In this document: positions 18,926 through 27,752 of the stretch, one piece after another
Numbering within the stretch: the stretch's first letter is position 1
Layout of the letters: every line of letters starts with the position of its first letter
Assembly (NCBI GenBank): GCA_044237895.1
Contig: JBIIEK010000001.1
Coordinates: 2,762 to 66,761, forward strand
Source: Bdellovibrionota bacterium
Lineage (GTDB): Bacteria; Bdellovibrionota_C; UBA2361; OMII01
Direction: 5' to 3'
DNA length: 64,000 bases
Notes under the pieces: generated by a model
What the model saw: only the letters and a program-made list of their open reading frames with translations
The model's database searches: none
Told to the model about the DNA's origin: nothing
Translations under genes and position numbers: made by a program

Positions 18926-20116
18926 CTATTTCGCGCGGCCCTGTTTTGGTACCGCATAGCACACCGTCTCCCAAAGAGAGCCGGCTTTGTGATGCCGCAT
19001 GAATACGTTATAAAAGGGGTGATTATCCATTAGAAATAGCGGAATCTGGAATAATTCCGCCGTCGAGTGGTACGTACACACCGCCAATTTTGGTCGCTCT
19101 CGTTTAATCACACCACAAGCGCCGATGAGTGCGGGAATCTCCGCCCCTTCGATATCCATCTTTATCAGGGTCGGTCTATGCCCCTCAAGCGCCCTATCAA
19201 GGGCGGAACTTGTCGACGAGCTTTCAATGACCTCGCCTCGACAATTATGCAGATGCAAGCTACCTATGTTTTCTTCTCCCGTGCCAATGGCTGTGCATTC
19301 GATTGGGATATCAGAGAGCCCCCGCGCCGCCAAATTATAACGAGCACGTTCGGCATTCTCACCATCAGCTTCAAACCCGAGAGCCGACCAATTCCGAACG
19401 CCTCGACGCCACGCTTCAATTGCGAAGCTCGTCAAAGAATCCCCATCGAACACTCCACAATCAACAAAATATTCCCCTTCTTGAACGAGGAAGAGATCTT
19501 CCGGAAAATACTGTGGATACGAAGCACACCTATCCGTAAAAAGATTTCCGCGCATCGGAAAATTGAATTCTTGAAACATTCGAGCAAGAAGCACCGAAAG
19601 AAAAACGAACCGGGACCGGTCGTCAGCTAATCCCGCTGCTACTCGTTCACACTCAGCTCTACTCCTTGCGATGAGGTGCCCCGGAAGAGCTCCCACCGTT
19701 CCATCTCGCTCCGCATAGACGAAGGGAACCCCTATCTTCTCTAGCAACGTTGAGATCCCCACGACATCCATGCAGGCAACCACAACCAGCGTCCGTGCGG
19801 AGGCCTGCCGAATCTCCTCAGGGCTCTTCACCGGATATCCCTGCCAAACGGAGCCCCACTTATTTTTGTTAGTGTCCACCAGGTATCGCACCGGAACAGA
19901 GCGATCCTTCCACGCATCAAGGACAGATCGCGCGAAATCACCTGCACCGTACACAACGACCTCTTCGGCACGCGCAAGGGCGTCTTCACAGTCCCTCAAT
20001 CCAAGGCGCTCAGACCGAAAAGAGATCTCCTCATCAAGTGCCGGCCAAAGAGCCGAAACCGTGGAAAGCTCGGCGAGAGTTCGTAACAGATGCACGGATG
20101 ATTTTATGGTATTCAT
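18926..20116 (-). CDS. Two-domain protein: NeuD/PglD-N-like Rossmann domain plus FkbM-family methyltransferase (paralogue of 17694..18908)
   Basis: The N-terminal motif is VVVYGAGDFARSVLDAW. The FkbM core is FVDCGVFDGDSL...IKMDIEGAEIPALIGACGVI...AVCTYH. The start was set to ATG 20116 because GGAGG lies 8 nt upstream; the track start at 20233 is less likely. Confidence 0.7.
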   Translation of the reverse strand: MNTIKSSVHLLRTLAELSTVSALWPALDEEISFRSERLGLRDCEDALARAEEVVVYGAGDFARSVLDAWKDRSVPVRYLVDTNKNKWGSVWQGYPVKSPEEIRQASARTLVVVACMDVVGISTLLEKIGVPFVYAERDGTVGALPGHLIARSRAECERVAAGLADDRSRFVFLSVLLARMFQEFNFPMRGNLFTDRCASYPQYFPEDLFLVQEGEYFVDCGVFDGDSLTSFAIEAWRRGVRNWSALGFEADGENAERARYNLAARGLSDIPIECTAIGTGEENIGSLHLHNCRGEVIESSSTSSALDRALEGHRPTLIKMDIEGAEIPALIGACGVIKRERPKLAVCTYHSTAELFQIPLFLMDNHPFYNVFMRHHKAGSLWETVCYAVPKQGRAK

Positions 20117-20473
20117 GTAAAAAACCTCCGAATCGGACGGGCTGAGATTCGCACGAACGACTATTCGATACGGCCCTACCGAGGAGCCCTGCATCGTATT
20201 AGATGCAGCAGATACCACAGCGAAACCAGACACTTTGCCACTCTATACATTCTAGGTAGATACGTCGCAAGATCAATACGTTACCCTGTTCCAAGCAACC
20301 TTATCTGTTGAACATCTAAACCGGTAACGGCGACTCAACCGCACACACCAACTGAACCCGCCAGACGTCCGCAACTTCTTAAGCAGCACTGCGATTACCC
20401 TCACATCTTTTACCCGCGGTAACTCACAAGAGGCCTAATTCCTCTGTGTGGCCGCTTTTAACCTGGAGAAGCT

Positions 20474-21319
20474 ATGTCCTCATCAATCTCGACTACAATA
20501 AGTCAAATCTTCACACCAACAATCACCGAATCAAATCAAATCACGACGCCGACCCAGACAGCGACGCCTATCCAGACAGCGGCGCAAGCAATCGAACAGA
20601 GCCTCTCGTCACTCTCAACCACCCTCACAGGCCTGAATAAAGCCACCGCACGGACAGTAAGAAGCACGCACCTCTTTACGAAGATAGAGCGAATTCTCAA
20701 CTCTCTCACGAAGTTGGTTGAAGCGTTCGCTAAGTTAAAACCCCCAGAATCATCGCAGAACAGCGCCACAACACCTACAACAGCTCAACCACTACCATCC
20801 GGGACCACGACACCAACTACACCCACTCTAACGCCGATCATAGAGGAGCAGCCCTCTGATTTCGCGCCCCAGATACCAGAAGATCCGGCCCCCGCGGTCG
20901 CGACCGAGATCCTAGCGCCACAAACAGCTCCAGTGCCCGTCGAGGCCCCCACGGAAACGGATAATATCATGGACACACTCTTCAACACCGCTCGAGGACC
21001 AATCAATCTCGGGCCTCAGTTAGGCCGCTCCGGTGAATTTCTCTGGAAGCCGGTCTCTGAAAAAGATGGTCGATTGGCGATCCTTCTTCCATCCTCAATG
21101 ACTGGAAGAGTTTCGGAGGTGTGCGTTATTAAACCGGATGGATCGCGAGCACTCCAACGAGGTCGAGCATCCGGCGTTGGAAATGGGAATCGTGAGCACT
21201 ATCGGTTTTCTAAAGCCGGGGGCAACTTTCCTGACGGATCGATCGTGTTAATTAAGATGATGGACGGAACAAATCGACACGTTACGATCTCTGAAACGAG
21301 CCGTCGTATGACGCGGTAA
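20474..21319 (+). CDS. Hypothetical modular protein with a Ser/Thr/Gln-rich N-terminus, a helix, a Thr/Pro-rich linker and an unknown C-terminal domain
   Basis: The N-terminus MSSSISTTISQIFTPTITESNQITTPTQ has no signal peptide. The helix ends in LVEAFAKLK. The TP linker reads TTPTTAQPLPSGTTTPTTPTLTP. The C-terminal domain reads FLWKPVSEKDGRLAILLPSS...GNGNREHYRFSK. Confidence 0.6.
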   Translation: MSSSISTTISQIFTPTITESNQITTPTQTATPIQTAAQAIEQSLSSLSTTLTGLNKATARTVRSTHLFTKIERILNSLTKLVEAFAKLKPPESSQNSATTPTTAQPLPSGTTTPTTPTLTPIIEEQPSDFAPQIPEDPAPAVATEILAPQTAPVPVEAPTETDNIMDTLFNTARGPINLGPQLGRSGEFLWKPVSEKDGRLAILLPSSMTGRVSEVCVIKPDGSRALQRGRASGVGNGNREHYRFSKAGGNFPDGSIVLIKMMDGTNRHVTISETSRRMTR

Positions 21320-21325
21320 CGTTAA

Positions 21326-21371
21326 AGCCAACCTTCAAACGAATACGTGAGTCCGTTTTGGAAGGTTGGCT
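21326..21371. terminator. Long perfect hairpin between convergent genes (candidate bidirectional terminator)
   Basis: AGCCAACCTTC (21326-21336) pairs perfectly with GAAGGTTGGCT (21361-21371). The hairpin lies between the stops of 20474..21319 (+) and 21410..22060 (-). There is no strong U-tract. Confidence 0.5.
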
Positions 21372-21409
21372 CATCCATCGAATGGCAGCGCTTTATAAAG
21401 AGGGTTCGC

Positions 21410-22060
21410 TTACACGACAGTGACTAAGGCGGCTTGCAGCTGCTCAATCGAGAGATCCCATCCGATGACAGTCCACCGTTCATTTTCATACACTAGAGGG
21501 CATGAATGACCTGTTTTAACTTTGTACGGAGCGGCACATATATCGATCGACGGTGAGAGAAGCGCTCCAAATTCACGCAGGCGCCCATTACTCGTCACCA
21601 CTATACTTGTACCCGGTGTCGAGGCGAGCGCATGAAGAAGAGTCTGCGCGTCGCGCCTGGCTTGCTCGGCGCTCGGCGTAAAGTCTATCTCGGACGGTCG
21701 CTCTCCCCGCTCCTGCCATGCGTGTAGCGCTGCTTCGCCGGAGAGAGCGACGATCTCATCGTTTGAGAGTCCGCTCCATCGGCCGTAATCAAATTCAACG
21801 AGACGCGGGTCGAGAACGATACCGCAGGATGCCCCGGACTCCTCTTTAACCCTCTCAGCGAATATTCGCGTTCTCTGAAGGGGACCGCTTAGAATATGGT
21901 CAAGTTGTAAAGCACTGGCCCTAAGTACCCTACCAACACCTCTCCCCTGCTCTTCTCCGTGCGCCGTAAGAGAGAGATCCTCATGTGCGCCGACCATAAC
22001 AACCTTATCGCCCTTCTCGAAGGTATTCCCGTGACGAGCCAGTATCACGACCGACCTCAT
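21410..22060 (-). CDS. Histidine-phosphatase (phosphoglycerate-mutase) superfamily protein
   Basis: The RHG motif (VVILARHGNT), SGPLQRT and LVEFDYGRWSGL are present. The usual C-terminal SHG is SNG here. Its start overlaps the kdsB stop by 4 nt. Confidence 0.75.
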   Translation of the reverse strand: MRSVVILARHGNTFEKGDKVVMVGAHEDLSLTAHGEEQGRGVGRVLRASALQLDHILSGPLQRTRIFAERVKEESGASCGIVLDPRLVEFDYGRWSGLSNDEIVALSGEAALHAWQERGERPSEIDFTPSAEQARRDAQTLLHALASTPGTSIVVTSNGRLREFGALLSPSIDICAAPYKVKTGHSCPLVYENERWTVIGWDLSIEQLQAALVTVV

Positions 22061-22842
22061 ACGAGTTCGCCCTCAGCGCGAATAATCTCCTCGACCCGGG
22101 CGACATCCTCTGGATTATCGACCGACCACATCGTTCGTCCCTTGAACGAAACCTCAACGACACGAATCGGGATCCCATTTTCCAACGCCCGAAGCTGCTC
22201 AAGTTGCTCAATCTCTTCGAACTGCCCCATCGGGAGTTCGATGTATTTCTTGAGCGCTTGAGTCGTATAGGCGTACACCCCGATGTGTTGGTACACCGGA
22301 GAGCTCTCTCCTTGAGAGGGCGTTCGAATAAATGGAATGATCCCCTTAGAAAAGTAGAGCGCATCTCGGTTTCGAGCGAAGGTGACGGTAGTGCCAGAGA
22401 CTATCCCCGCCCCCTTTGTCGCCTGCATCTTCTCAAGCTGAGCTTTAGAGAGTCGGACTGCCGGTGTTGCTATCTGAACAGAGGGATCTCGCTGCATCTC
22501 TTCAACGAGCGAGCCGATGATCCACGGGGGCATAAGCACCGCGTCTCCCTGAAGATTCACCACAACCCTCGGTTCCTTCTTGAGTGCAGAGAGAGCCTCA
22601 AAGACCCGCTCGGATCCATTACGGCAGGTATCAGAGGTCATAACGCTAATGCCGCCAAAGCTCTTCACATGTGTGGCTACTCGCTCATCGTCTGTAGCGA
22701 CAACCACCTGAGACACACTGGGGATCGCTGAACCGATCCGCCACACACGTTCTAAGAGAGTGCGACCAGCAATAGACGCCAAGGGCTTACCAGGATATCG
22801 AGACGACCCATAACGGGCTGGTATTACAATTATGGTTTCCAT
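22057..22842 (-). CDS. kdsB: 3-deoxy-manno-octulosonate cytidylyltransferase (CMP-KDO synthetase)
   Basis: IIVIPARYGSSRYPGKPLASIAGRTLLERVW and QGDAVLMPP...HIGVYAY fit KdsB. Confidence 0.9.
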   Translation of the reverse strand: METIIVIPARYGSSRYPGKPLASIAGRTLLERVWRIGSAIPSVSQVVVATDDERVATHVKSFGGISVMTSDTCRNGSERVFEALSALKKEPRVVVNLQGDAVLMPPWIIGSLVEEMQRDPSVQIATPAVRLSKAQLEKMQATKGAGIVSGTTVTFARNRDALYFSKGIIPFIRTPSQGESSPVYQHIGVYAYTTQALKKYIELPMGQFEEIEQLEQLRALENGIPIRVVEVSFKGRTMWSVDNPEDVARVEEIIRAEGELV

Positions 22843-22870
22843 ACGTTTTCGGATGTATCATCCTCGATTC

Positions 22871-23698
22871 ATGACAAAGAGGGTAGCCTATCAAGGAATT
22901 TCAGGGTCGTTTAGTAGCATGGCCGCTAGGGCGATGTTCGGCAACGAGCTTATACCGGTTCAAACCAAACGCTTTAGAGAGATCTTTGAGCACGTTAGCA
23001 AAGGGACCGCTGACCTCGGGGTAGTACCCATAGAAAATGCCCTCGCAGGCTCCATCCATGAAAATTACGACCTTCTCTCAGAGTTCTCCTGCTCCATCGT
23101 CGGGGAGTATTTCTGCCCCGTCCAGCTCAATCTCTTAGGGCTATCCGGCGGCATCGCCATATCTTCTATCTCAAGGGTATTCTCTCATCCCAAGGCGATC
23201 GAACAGTGCTCGGACTTCTTTGAGCAAAACCCAACCCTTTCACCAATCGTGTTTTCTGACACCGCAGGAGCAGCTCTCCACGTAAAAGATCTTGGAGACC
23301 CGACGGTAGCGGCGGTCGCAAGCGACGAGGCCGCGAGCGAATACGGGCTCGCCATTTTGCAGCCCGCAATCCAGAACCACGCGTTAAACGCGACGAGATT
23401 TTTCGCGATCGCGGCGAAGCCGCTTACGATTAAAGAACCCTCAAAATGTTCGTTAGAGCTCACACTCCCTCATAAGCCCGCAAGCCTCTACAAGCTGTTA
23501 GGGTCGTTTGCGGAGCTGTCGATCAACGTGACGAAGATCGAGTCGCGTCCGATTCCGGGCAAGCCGTTCGAGTACACATTCCATCTTGATTTAGAAAGCG
23601 GGGGCCGGCGGGGCGAGATACTAAGAACAGCTATCGTCAGAGCCAGGCCCCTTGCCGGAGAATTGCGAACGCTCGGATTCTATTCGACCGTCACCTGA
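22871..23698 (+). CDS. pheA: Prephenate dehydratase
   Basis: RVAYQGISGSFS...VVPIENALAGSI is the PDT domain. The ACT domain carries the TKIESRPIPGKPFEYTFHLDLE motif. The start was set to ATG 22871. Confidence 0.9.
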   Translation: MTKRVAYQGISGSFSSMAARAMFGNELIPVQTKRFREIFEHVSKGTADLGVVPIENALAGSIHENYDLLSEFSCSIVGEYFCPVQLNLLGLSGGIAISSISRVFSHPKAIEQCSDFFEQNPTLSPIVFSDTAGAALHVKDLGDPTVAAVASDEAASEYGLAILQPAIQNHALNATRFFAIAAKPLTIKEPSKCSLELTLPHKPASLYKLLGSFAELSINVTKIESRPIPGKPFEYTFHLDLESGGRRGEILRTAIVRARPLAGELRTLGFYSTVT

Positions 23699-23780
23699 GC
23701 AGAGCGGCCCTTCGCGAGAATATTCAACCACCATCACCTTGTCCGCGGTAAATAATTGACTACTGGACCGCCAGCTCAAC

Positions 23781-23810
23781 AAAAAAGCCCGGAGGTTTCC
23801 CTCCAGGCTT
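23781..23810 (-). terminator. Rho-independent terminator downstream of rpsI
   Basis: The minus strand reads AAGCCTGGAGGGAAACCTCCGGGCTTTTTT. This is a GC-rich stem with one mismatch followed by a T6 run, about 25 nt after the rpsI stop. Confidence 0.75.
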
Positions 23811-23834
23811 CCATAACAACTCCCTTTTGCGCGA

Positions 23835-24230
23835 TTAACGCTTCGAGAACTGTGGTCGTCGACGAGCTTTGTGACGGCCGTACTTCTTACGCTCAACCTC
23901 ACGAGAATCTCGTGTGAGCATTCCACCAGCCTTAAGAGGCGGACGAAGGGCGGCATCAGCAGCTATAAGAACGCGACCAAGAGCCATGCGAAGCGCACCT
24001 GCTTGCCCGCTCTTTCCACCGCCTGTGACGTTCGCGAGAACATCGTACTTCTCAACAACACCAGAAACTACGAGAGGCTCCTTGATGAGGAGCTCAAGGC
24101 TCACTCGTCCGAAGTACTCCTTCGTCTCAGTGCCGTTAACTAAAAACTTGCCGGTTCCCGGCCTGAGATATACGCGAGCTACCGCTTCTTTTCGGCGTCC
24201 GATTGCGTGAAATCCACCACCCTTGATCAT
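23835..24230 (-). CDS. rpsI: 30S ribosomal protein S9
   Basis: GRRKEAVARVYL...GGGKSGQAGALR...KYGRHKARRRPQFSKR is the canonical S9 sequence. Confidence 0.95.
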   Translation of the reverse strand: MIKGGGFHAIGRRKEAVARVYLRPGTGKFLVNGTETKEYFGRVSLELLIKEPLVVSGVVEKYDVLANVTGGGKSGQAGALRMALGRVLIAADAALRPPLKAGGMLTRDSREVERKKYGRHKARRRPQFSKR

Positions 24231-24246
24231 CTCGACTCCTTACCTA

Positions 24247-24690
24247 CTATTTCTTCTTAATGGTGAGCTGCTCAGGCATCTGTGCTGCGTGAGGATGCTC
24301 GCTACCAGTGTATATCTTCAACTTGCCCAACTGCTGATGGCCAAGAATACCCTCAGCGAGCATTCCGCGAACTGCAAGCTGAATAGCCTTCTCTGGCTTG
24401 TTCGCGAGCATATCAGCTCCAGCCACCTCTTTGAGGTGTCCGATAAATCCGGTGTGGTGACGATAAAGCTTCGTCTCACCCTTGTTACCGGTCAGACGAA
24501 TCTTGTCTGCGTTCACTACGACAACGAAATCACCGCTGTCGACATTTGGTGTATAGGTAGGCTTGCCCTTTCCACGGAGGACGTTTGCAACTTCAGTTGC
24601 AAGTCGACCAACTGGAACCTCAGCTGCATCGACTACCCACCATTTCGCTGCCTTTCGAGCGGCTTCTGCTGAAACAAATACGGTGCTCAT
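24247..24690 (-). CDS. rplM: 50S ribosomal protein L13
   Basis: KWWVVDA...LGRLATEVANVLRGKGKPTYTP...GDFVVVVNADKI..TGNK...YRHHTG matches L13. It has the canonical rplM-rpsI order. Confidence 0.95.
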   Translation of the reverse strand: MSTVFVSAEAARKAAKWWVVDAAEVPVGRLATEVANVLRGKGKPTYTPNVDSGDFVVVVNADKIRLTGNKGETKLYRHHTGFIGHLKEVAGADMLANKPEKAIQLAVRGMLAEGILGHQQLGKLKIYTGSEHPHAAQMPEQLTIKKK

Positions 24691-24868
24691 AACTACTAAT
24701 TTAAGACTTTACCGGTCTAGAGGCCCCTCTTTACGCCTTTGGGTGGCCTCCGCTCTACTACTATGCAGCGCGGAGAGATGCCTCGTTTACTAACCCAAAA
24801 CGAGTGGCAGAGGGTACCACAACCACTTTCTCGGTCAAGTGCGCGCGATCTCAAGGATTTCGACTGAC

Positions 24869-25363
24869 TTAGCCACCCTTGCGGCCACTAATATCAGCTA
24901 CAAACGCTGTAAATTGAGCAGGTTGGGTACCCAACCGAACCGCCAGTGAGAGCGCCATTCCAGCCACCTCTTTTGCGGTAGATTCAAGCGCCTCGACTTT
25001 TTTCACTGAATTTTCCTGCGGCCACCGAACGAAGCGCTCAAACCACAGCGCCCGCCCGGCGGTTGCCCGGCACCAGAGATCCGTCACCTCGGCGCCGTAC
25101 GCAGTATCGGCGATAGCCCCATCTCCTTTTCGGGCCAGAGCAGTCGCGCACGTCGCTGCCACGACATCGAACACGCTAAGGATATCGAATATCGCCTGTA
25201 ATGGGGTTTCTTTCTGCACAAGAGCCGAAAGTACAACCTCTCGCTCTGCTCTCCTCTGGCTCACTGCTGTAAATGCGGATTCAAGGGGAAACGGTGCACT
25301 CTGAGATACCCTCAGTGCGGAGATCACGTTGCTCACCAGCGATTCAAAGGAAGCTTCAATCAT
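24869..25363 (-). CDS. Hypothetical protein (predominantly helical)
   Basis: 164-aa ORF downstream of 25427..26866 on the same strand. No motif was recognised. Confidence 0.45.
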   Translation of the reverse strand: MIEASFESLVSNVISALRVSQSAPFPLESAFTAVSQRRAEREVVLSALVQKETPLQAIFDILSVFDVVAATCATALARKGDGAIADTAYGAEVTDLWCRATAGRALWFERFVRWPQENSVKKVEALESTAKEVAGMALSLAVRLGTQPAQFTAFVADISGRKGG

Positions 25364-25426
25364 AGAGCTCGGAATCCTAAATATCCCCTATCAACTCCCA
25401 GCACCACCAAGGGATCCCCTAAGGCG

Positions 25427-26866
25427 TTAGTTGCCCTGGAAGATCCTCATCGTATCATCCGGAGATAGGGTGTCCCCAGAATCTTGACCATCCTCCTCCG
25501 GAGGAAGGCCCGTCCTCAAAACCTGAATCTCATACTCCATTTCATCGGGGCTAGAGGGTATGTAGGTACGCTTTGAGGGCAAAGGATTTCCCTGCCCCTG
25601 CACTAACCCCTGCCATCCATAACGCCACAAACCGAAGTAGGCCAAACCTTTCTTGTAGGAGTCTTGCAGCATCGCCTCCAACGTGCCAGAGGAGATCGAT
25701 TGAGAGGGTGGACGATTCGGATACTCAAAACCTTTACCATCAAGGGTAAATCCGTCGTTCACGTCTAAGGTAGGAAAGACCTCTATACGATGATCCTCTC
25801 GCGGCTGACCGAGGGTCTCCTCATCGGTCCCCTCGACTCCACATCCATTGCATGGATTTCGAACTATAGTGGCGATTCCATCAAGCTCTGCCTCAGCCAA
25901 ACCCAGCATGACCCGATAGGATTCAGTATCGAGATTATCCTCAAGCATCACCACGGCCACATTTGTATTCTCAGGATTAGTCTCAAGGCTAAACTCAAAA
26001 ATAGCGCGAGCGTCCCGAGCGATCTGAGAATACTGCTGTTGAACTTGCGTGCCGGTTCGACGAATCAACCCACGGAACCGCACCGGATCCTCTCGCACAA
26101 ACGGCGCTTCGATTAACGTATCCGCCTTTCGTTGAGACGCGCCATTCGCGAGGTAGAGAGAGAGGGTCAAACGACGACCATCTCCCGATAGTCGGGTAAT
26201 GATATCTCGAAGGTACGTAAAATCTCTTCCAAACGTGCCATCAATCAGCACAGCGATGTAAGGCTCCCGGACACGCGATGCAAGCAGCGCTGAGATGTTC
26301 GACTCAGTTACGGCGCGCGCCTCTGGCTGTAATGCGTAGAGCATCGCATACCCTCGCGCCTGCCCCGACACCCACGGCAGCGCGTTTGAAGCCGTTCTTT
26401 GGGGCGTTGGAAATACGAGCGGAGCACTTGATCGCGAGACAGCAACAGCTCCAAGCATCTCCTGATCTGGCGAGAGCGTGGGTTGCGGAGCCGCAACCGT
26501 TAACGACCCTGCGATACCTCCACTATTAGGAGTTGGCACAGGAGTATCCTCATCCACTTCACTAGGTGTCGGGGTGCTCGTGGGAAGCCCGACCTCCGGC
26601 GTTGGGGGGTCTCCTGGATCGCCTCCATCAAAAAAAGCAGCATCGTAGGCGGATGGCGACGTCGGCTTCGCCCTAGGCACAAGCGCGACAGTGGACTGGT
26701 TTGGCGACACGCTTGAGTTACCATTCACGTGATCAGGTGCCGAGCCCCTACTCCACGGCACCGGGATGTACCTCCCCGCCGAGGAGCTATGCACGAGCAG
26801 TGCAGTCGCCAAACCTAACGCAATGCCAGCGAGAAAAAGTATGCGGGTGGAGGTCGAGATCTTCAT
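25427..26866 (-). CDS. Exported protein of unknown function with a Pro-rich linker
   Basis: It has a signal/TM segment (ILFLAGIALGLATALLVHSSSAG), a PT-rich linker and a roughly 340-aa globular region with no recognised motif. Confidence 0.55.
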   Translation of the reverse strand: MKISTSTRILFLAGIALGLATALLVHSSSAGRYIPVPWSRGSAPDHVNGNSSVSPNQSTVALVPRAKPTSPSAYDAAFFDGGDPGDPPTPEVGLPTSTPTPSEVDEDTPVPTPNSGGIAGSLTVAAPQPTLSPDQEMLGAVAVSRSSAPLVFPTPQRTASNALPWVSGQARGYAMLYALQPEARAVTESNISALLASRVREPYIAVLIDGTFGRDFTYLRDIITRLSGDGRRLTLSLYLANGASQRKADTLIEAPFVREDPVRFRGLIRRTGTQVQQQYSQIARDARAIFEFSLETNPENTNVAVVMLEDNLDTESYRVMLGLAEAELDGIATIVRNPCNGCGVEGTDEETLGQPREDHRIEVFPTLDVNDGFTLDGKGFEYPNRPPSQSISSGTLEAMLQDSYKKGLAYFGLWRYGWQGLVQGQGNPLPSKRTYIPSSPDEMEYEIQVLRTGLPPEEDGQDSGDTLSPDDTMRIFQGN

Positions 26867-26881
26867 GATTACCTATAGGAA

Positions 26882-27562
26882 CTAACGCGCATTGGAACTC
26901 TCGGAAAGGATAAATCCCTCCATAACCTTAAGAAGAGCTGCGGGGTCCCCGAGAAGCTGATGATCATCCTCAAAGATATGAAGCTTAACCCAAGGCCTAC
27001 TCGACGCGAATTGACGACTTTGAGACACTGGGACGACCTCATCCCTTGCACCATGAACAAGCAATGTTGAGACCGCGTATGAAATCGAAGAGGCACAAAG
27101 CTCCCGGAGCTCCTCAACGAAGCGATAATGCACGGGAACCTCCGCCCCCTTGCCGAGATCCATTATTGGAAACTCCCCTTTTTCTCTCCACACTCGCTCC
27201 CTGTCAGCAGTTAAGAGTCCTCCTCGAGTATCCCATGGATCAAACAAGGGGGCGATAAGGACACATTTAGACACCCGCCCGCGCTCTTCAGCGCTAAGGA
27301 GGCGAAGCGCGTGACTGGCGATAAAGGCTCCAAAACTACTCCCTATGAGAACGAACTCCCCTTCTCGATGGACTTTAATAACCTCGGACACGAACGACAC
27401 GGCAGTTTTAGGAGAGAGTTTTTCGAGGGACGGCAAACTGATGGATGGCAGCGCCACTTCATATCCGAGAGTAGCAAAGTGCTTCCCTATAAGATGGGCC
27501 TTGCGGGACCCCGGCCCGGCACCGAGCCCGTGGAGATAAAGTATTTTTCGAACCCCTGTCAT
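26882..27562 (-). CDS. Alpha/beta hydrolase (YqiA/UPF0227-like esterase)
   Basis: ILYLHGLGAGPGSRKA is followed by the nucleophile elbow GSSFG. C-terminal LLVHGARDEVVP...DDHQL supplies the Asp/His. Confidence 0.7.
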   Translation of the reverse strand: MTGVRKILYLHGLGAGPGSRKAHLIGKHFATLGYEVALPSISLPSLEKLSPKTAVSFVSEVIKVHREGEFVLIGSSFGAFIASHALRLLSAEERGRVSKCVLIAPLFDPWDTRGGLLTADRERVWREKGEFPIMDLGKGAEVPVHYRFVEELRELCASSISYAVSTLLVHGARDEVVPVSQSRQFASSRPWVKLHIFEDDHQLLGDPAALLKVMEGFILSESSNAR

Positions 27563-27752
27563 ACCTGTATCCTGATAGCCTGAATTTTTCTTTCGACTCC
27601 ACGTCTTTCATGCTACACGAACCTTAACCCAAATATATGTAATTGTGGTAGATTTCGGATTTATGAACGTAGATATACAATCTCTCTCCCCGGTTTTTAG
27701 CCTCGTTAGGGTCAATCGCACGTCCACAACACAGAAAACACAACGATGTAGC

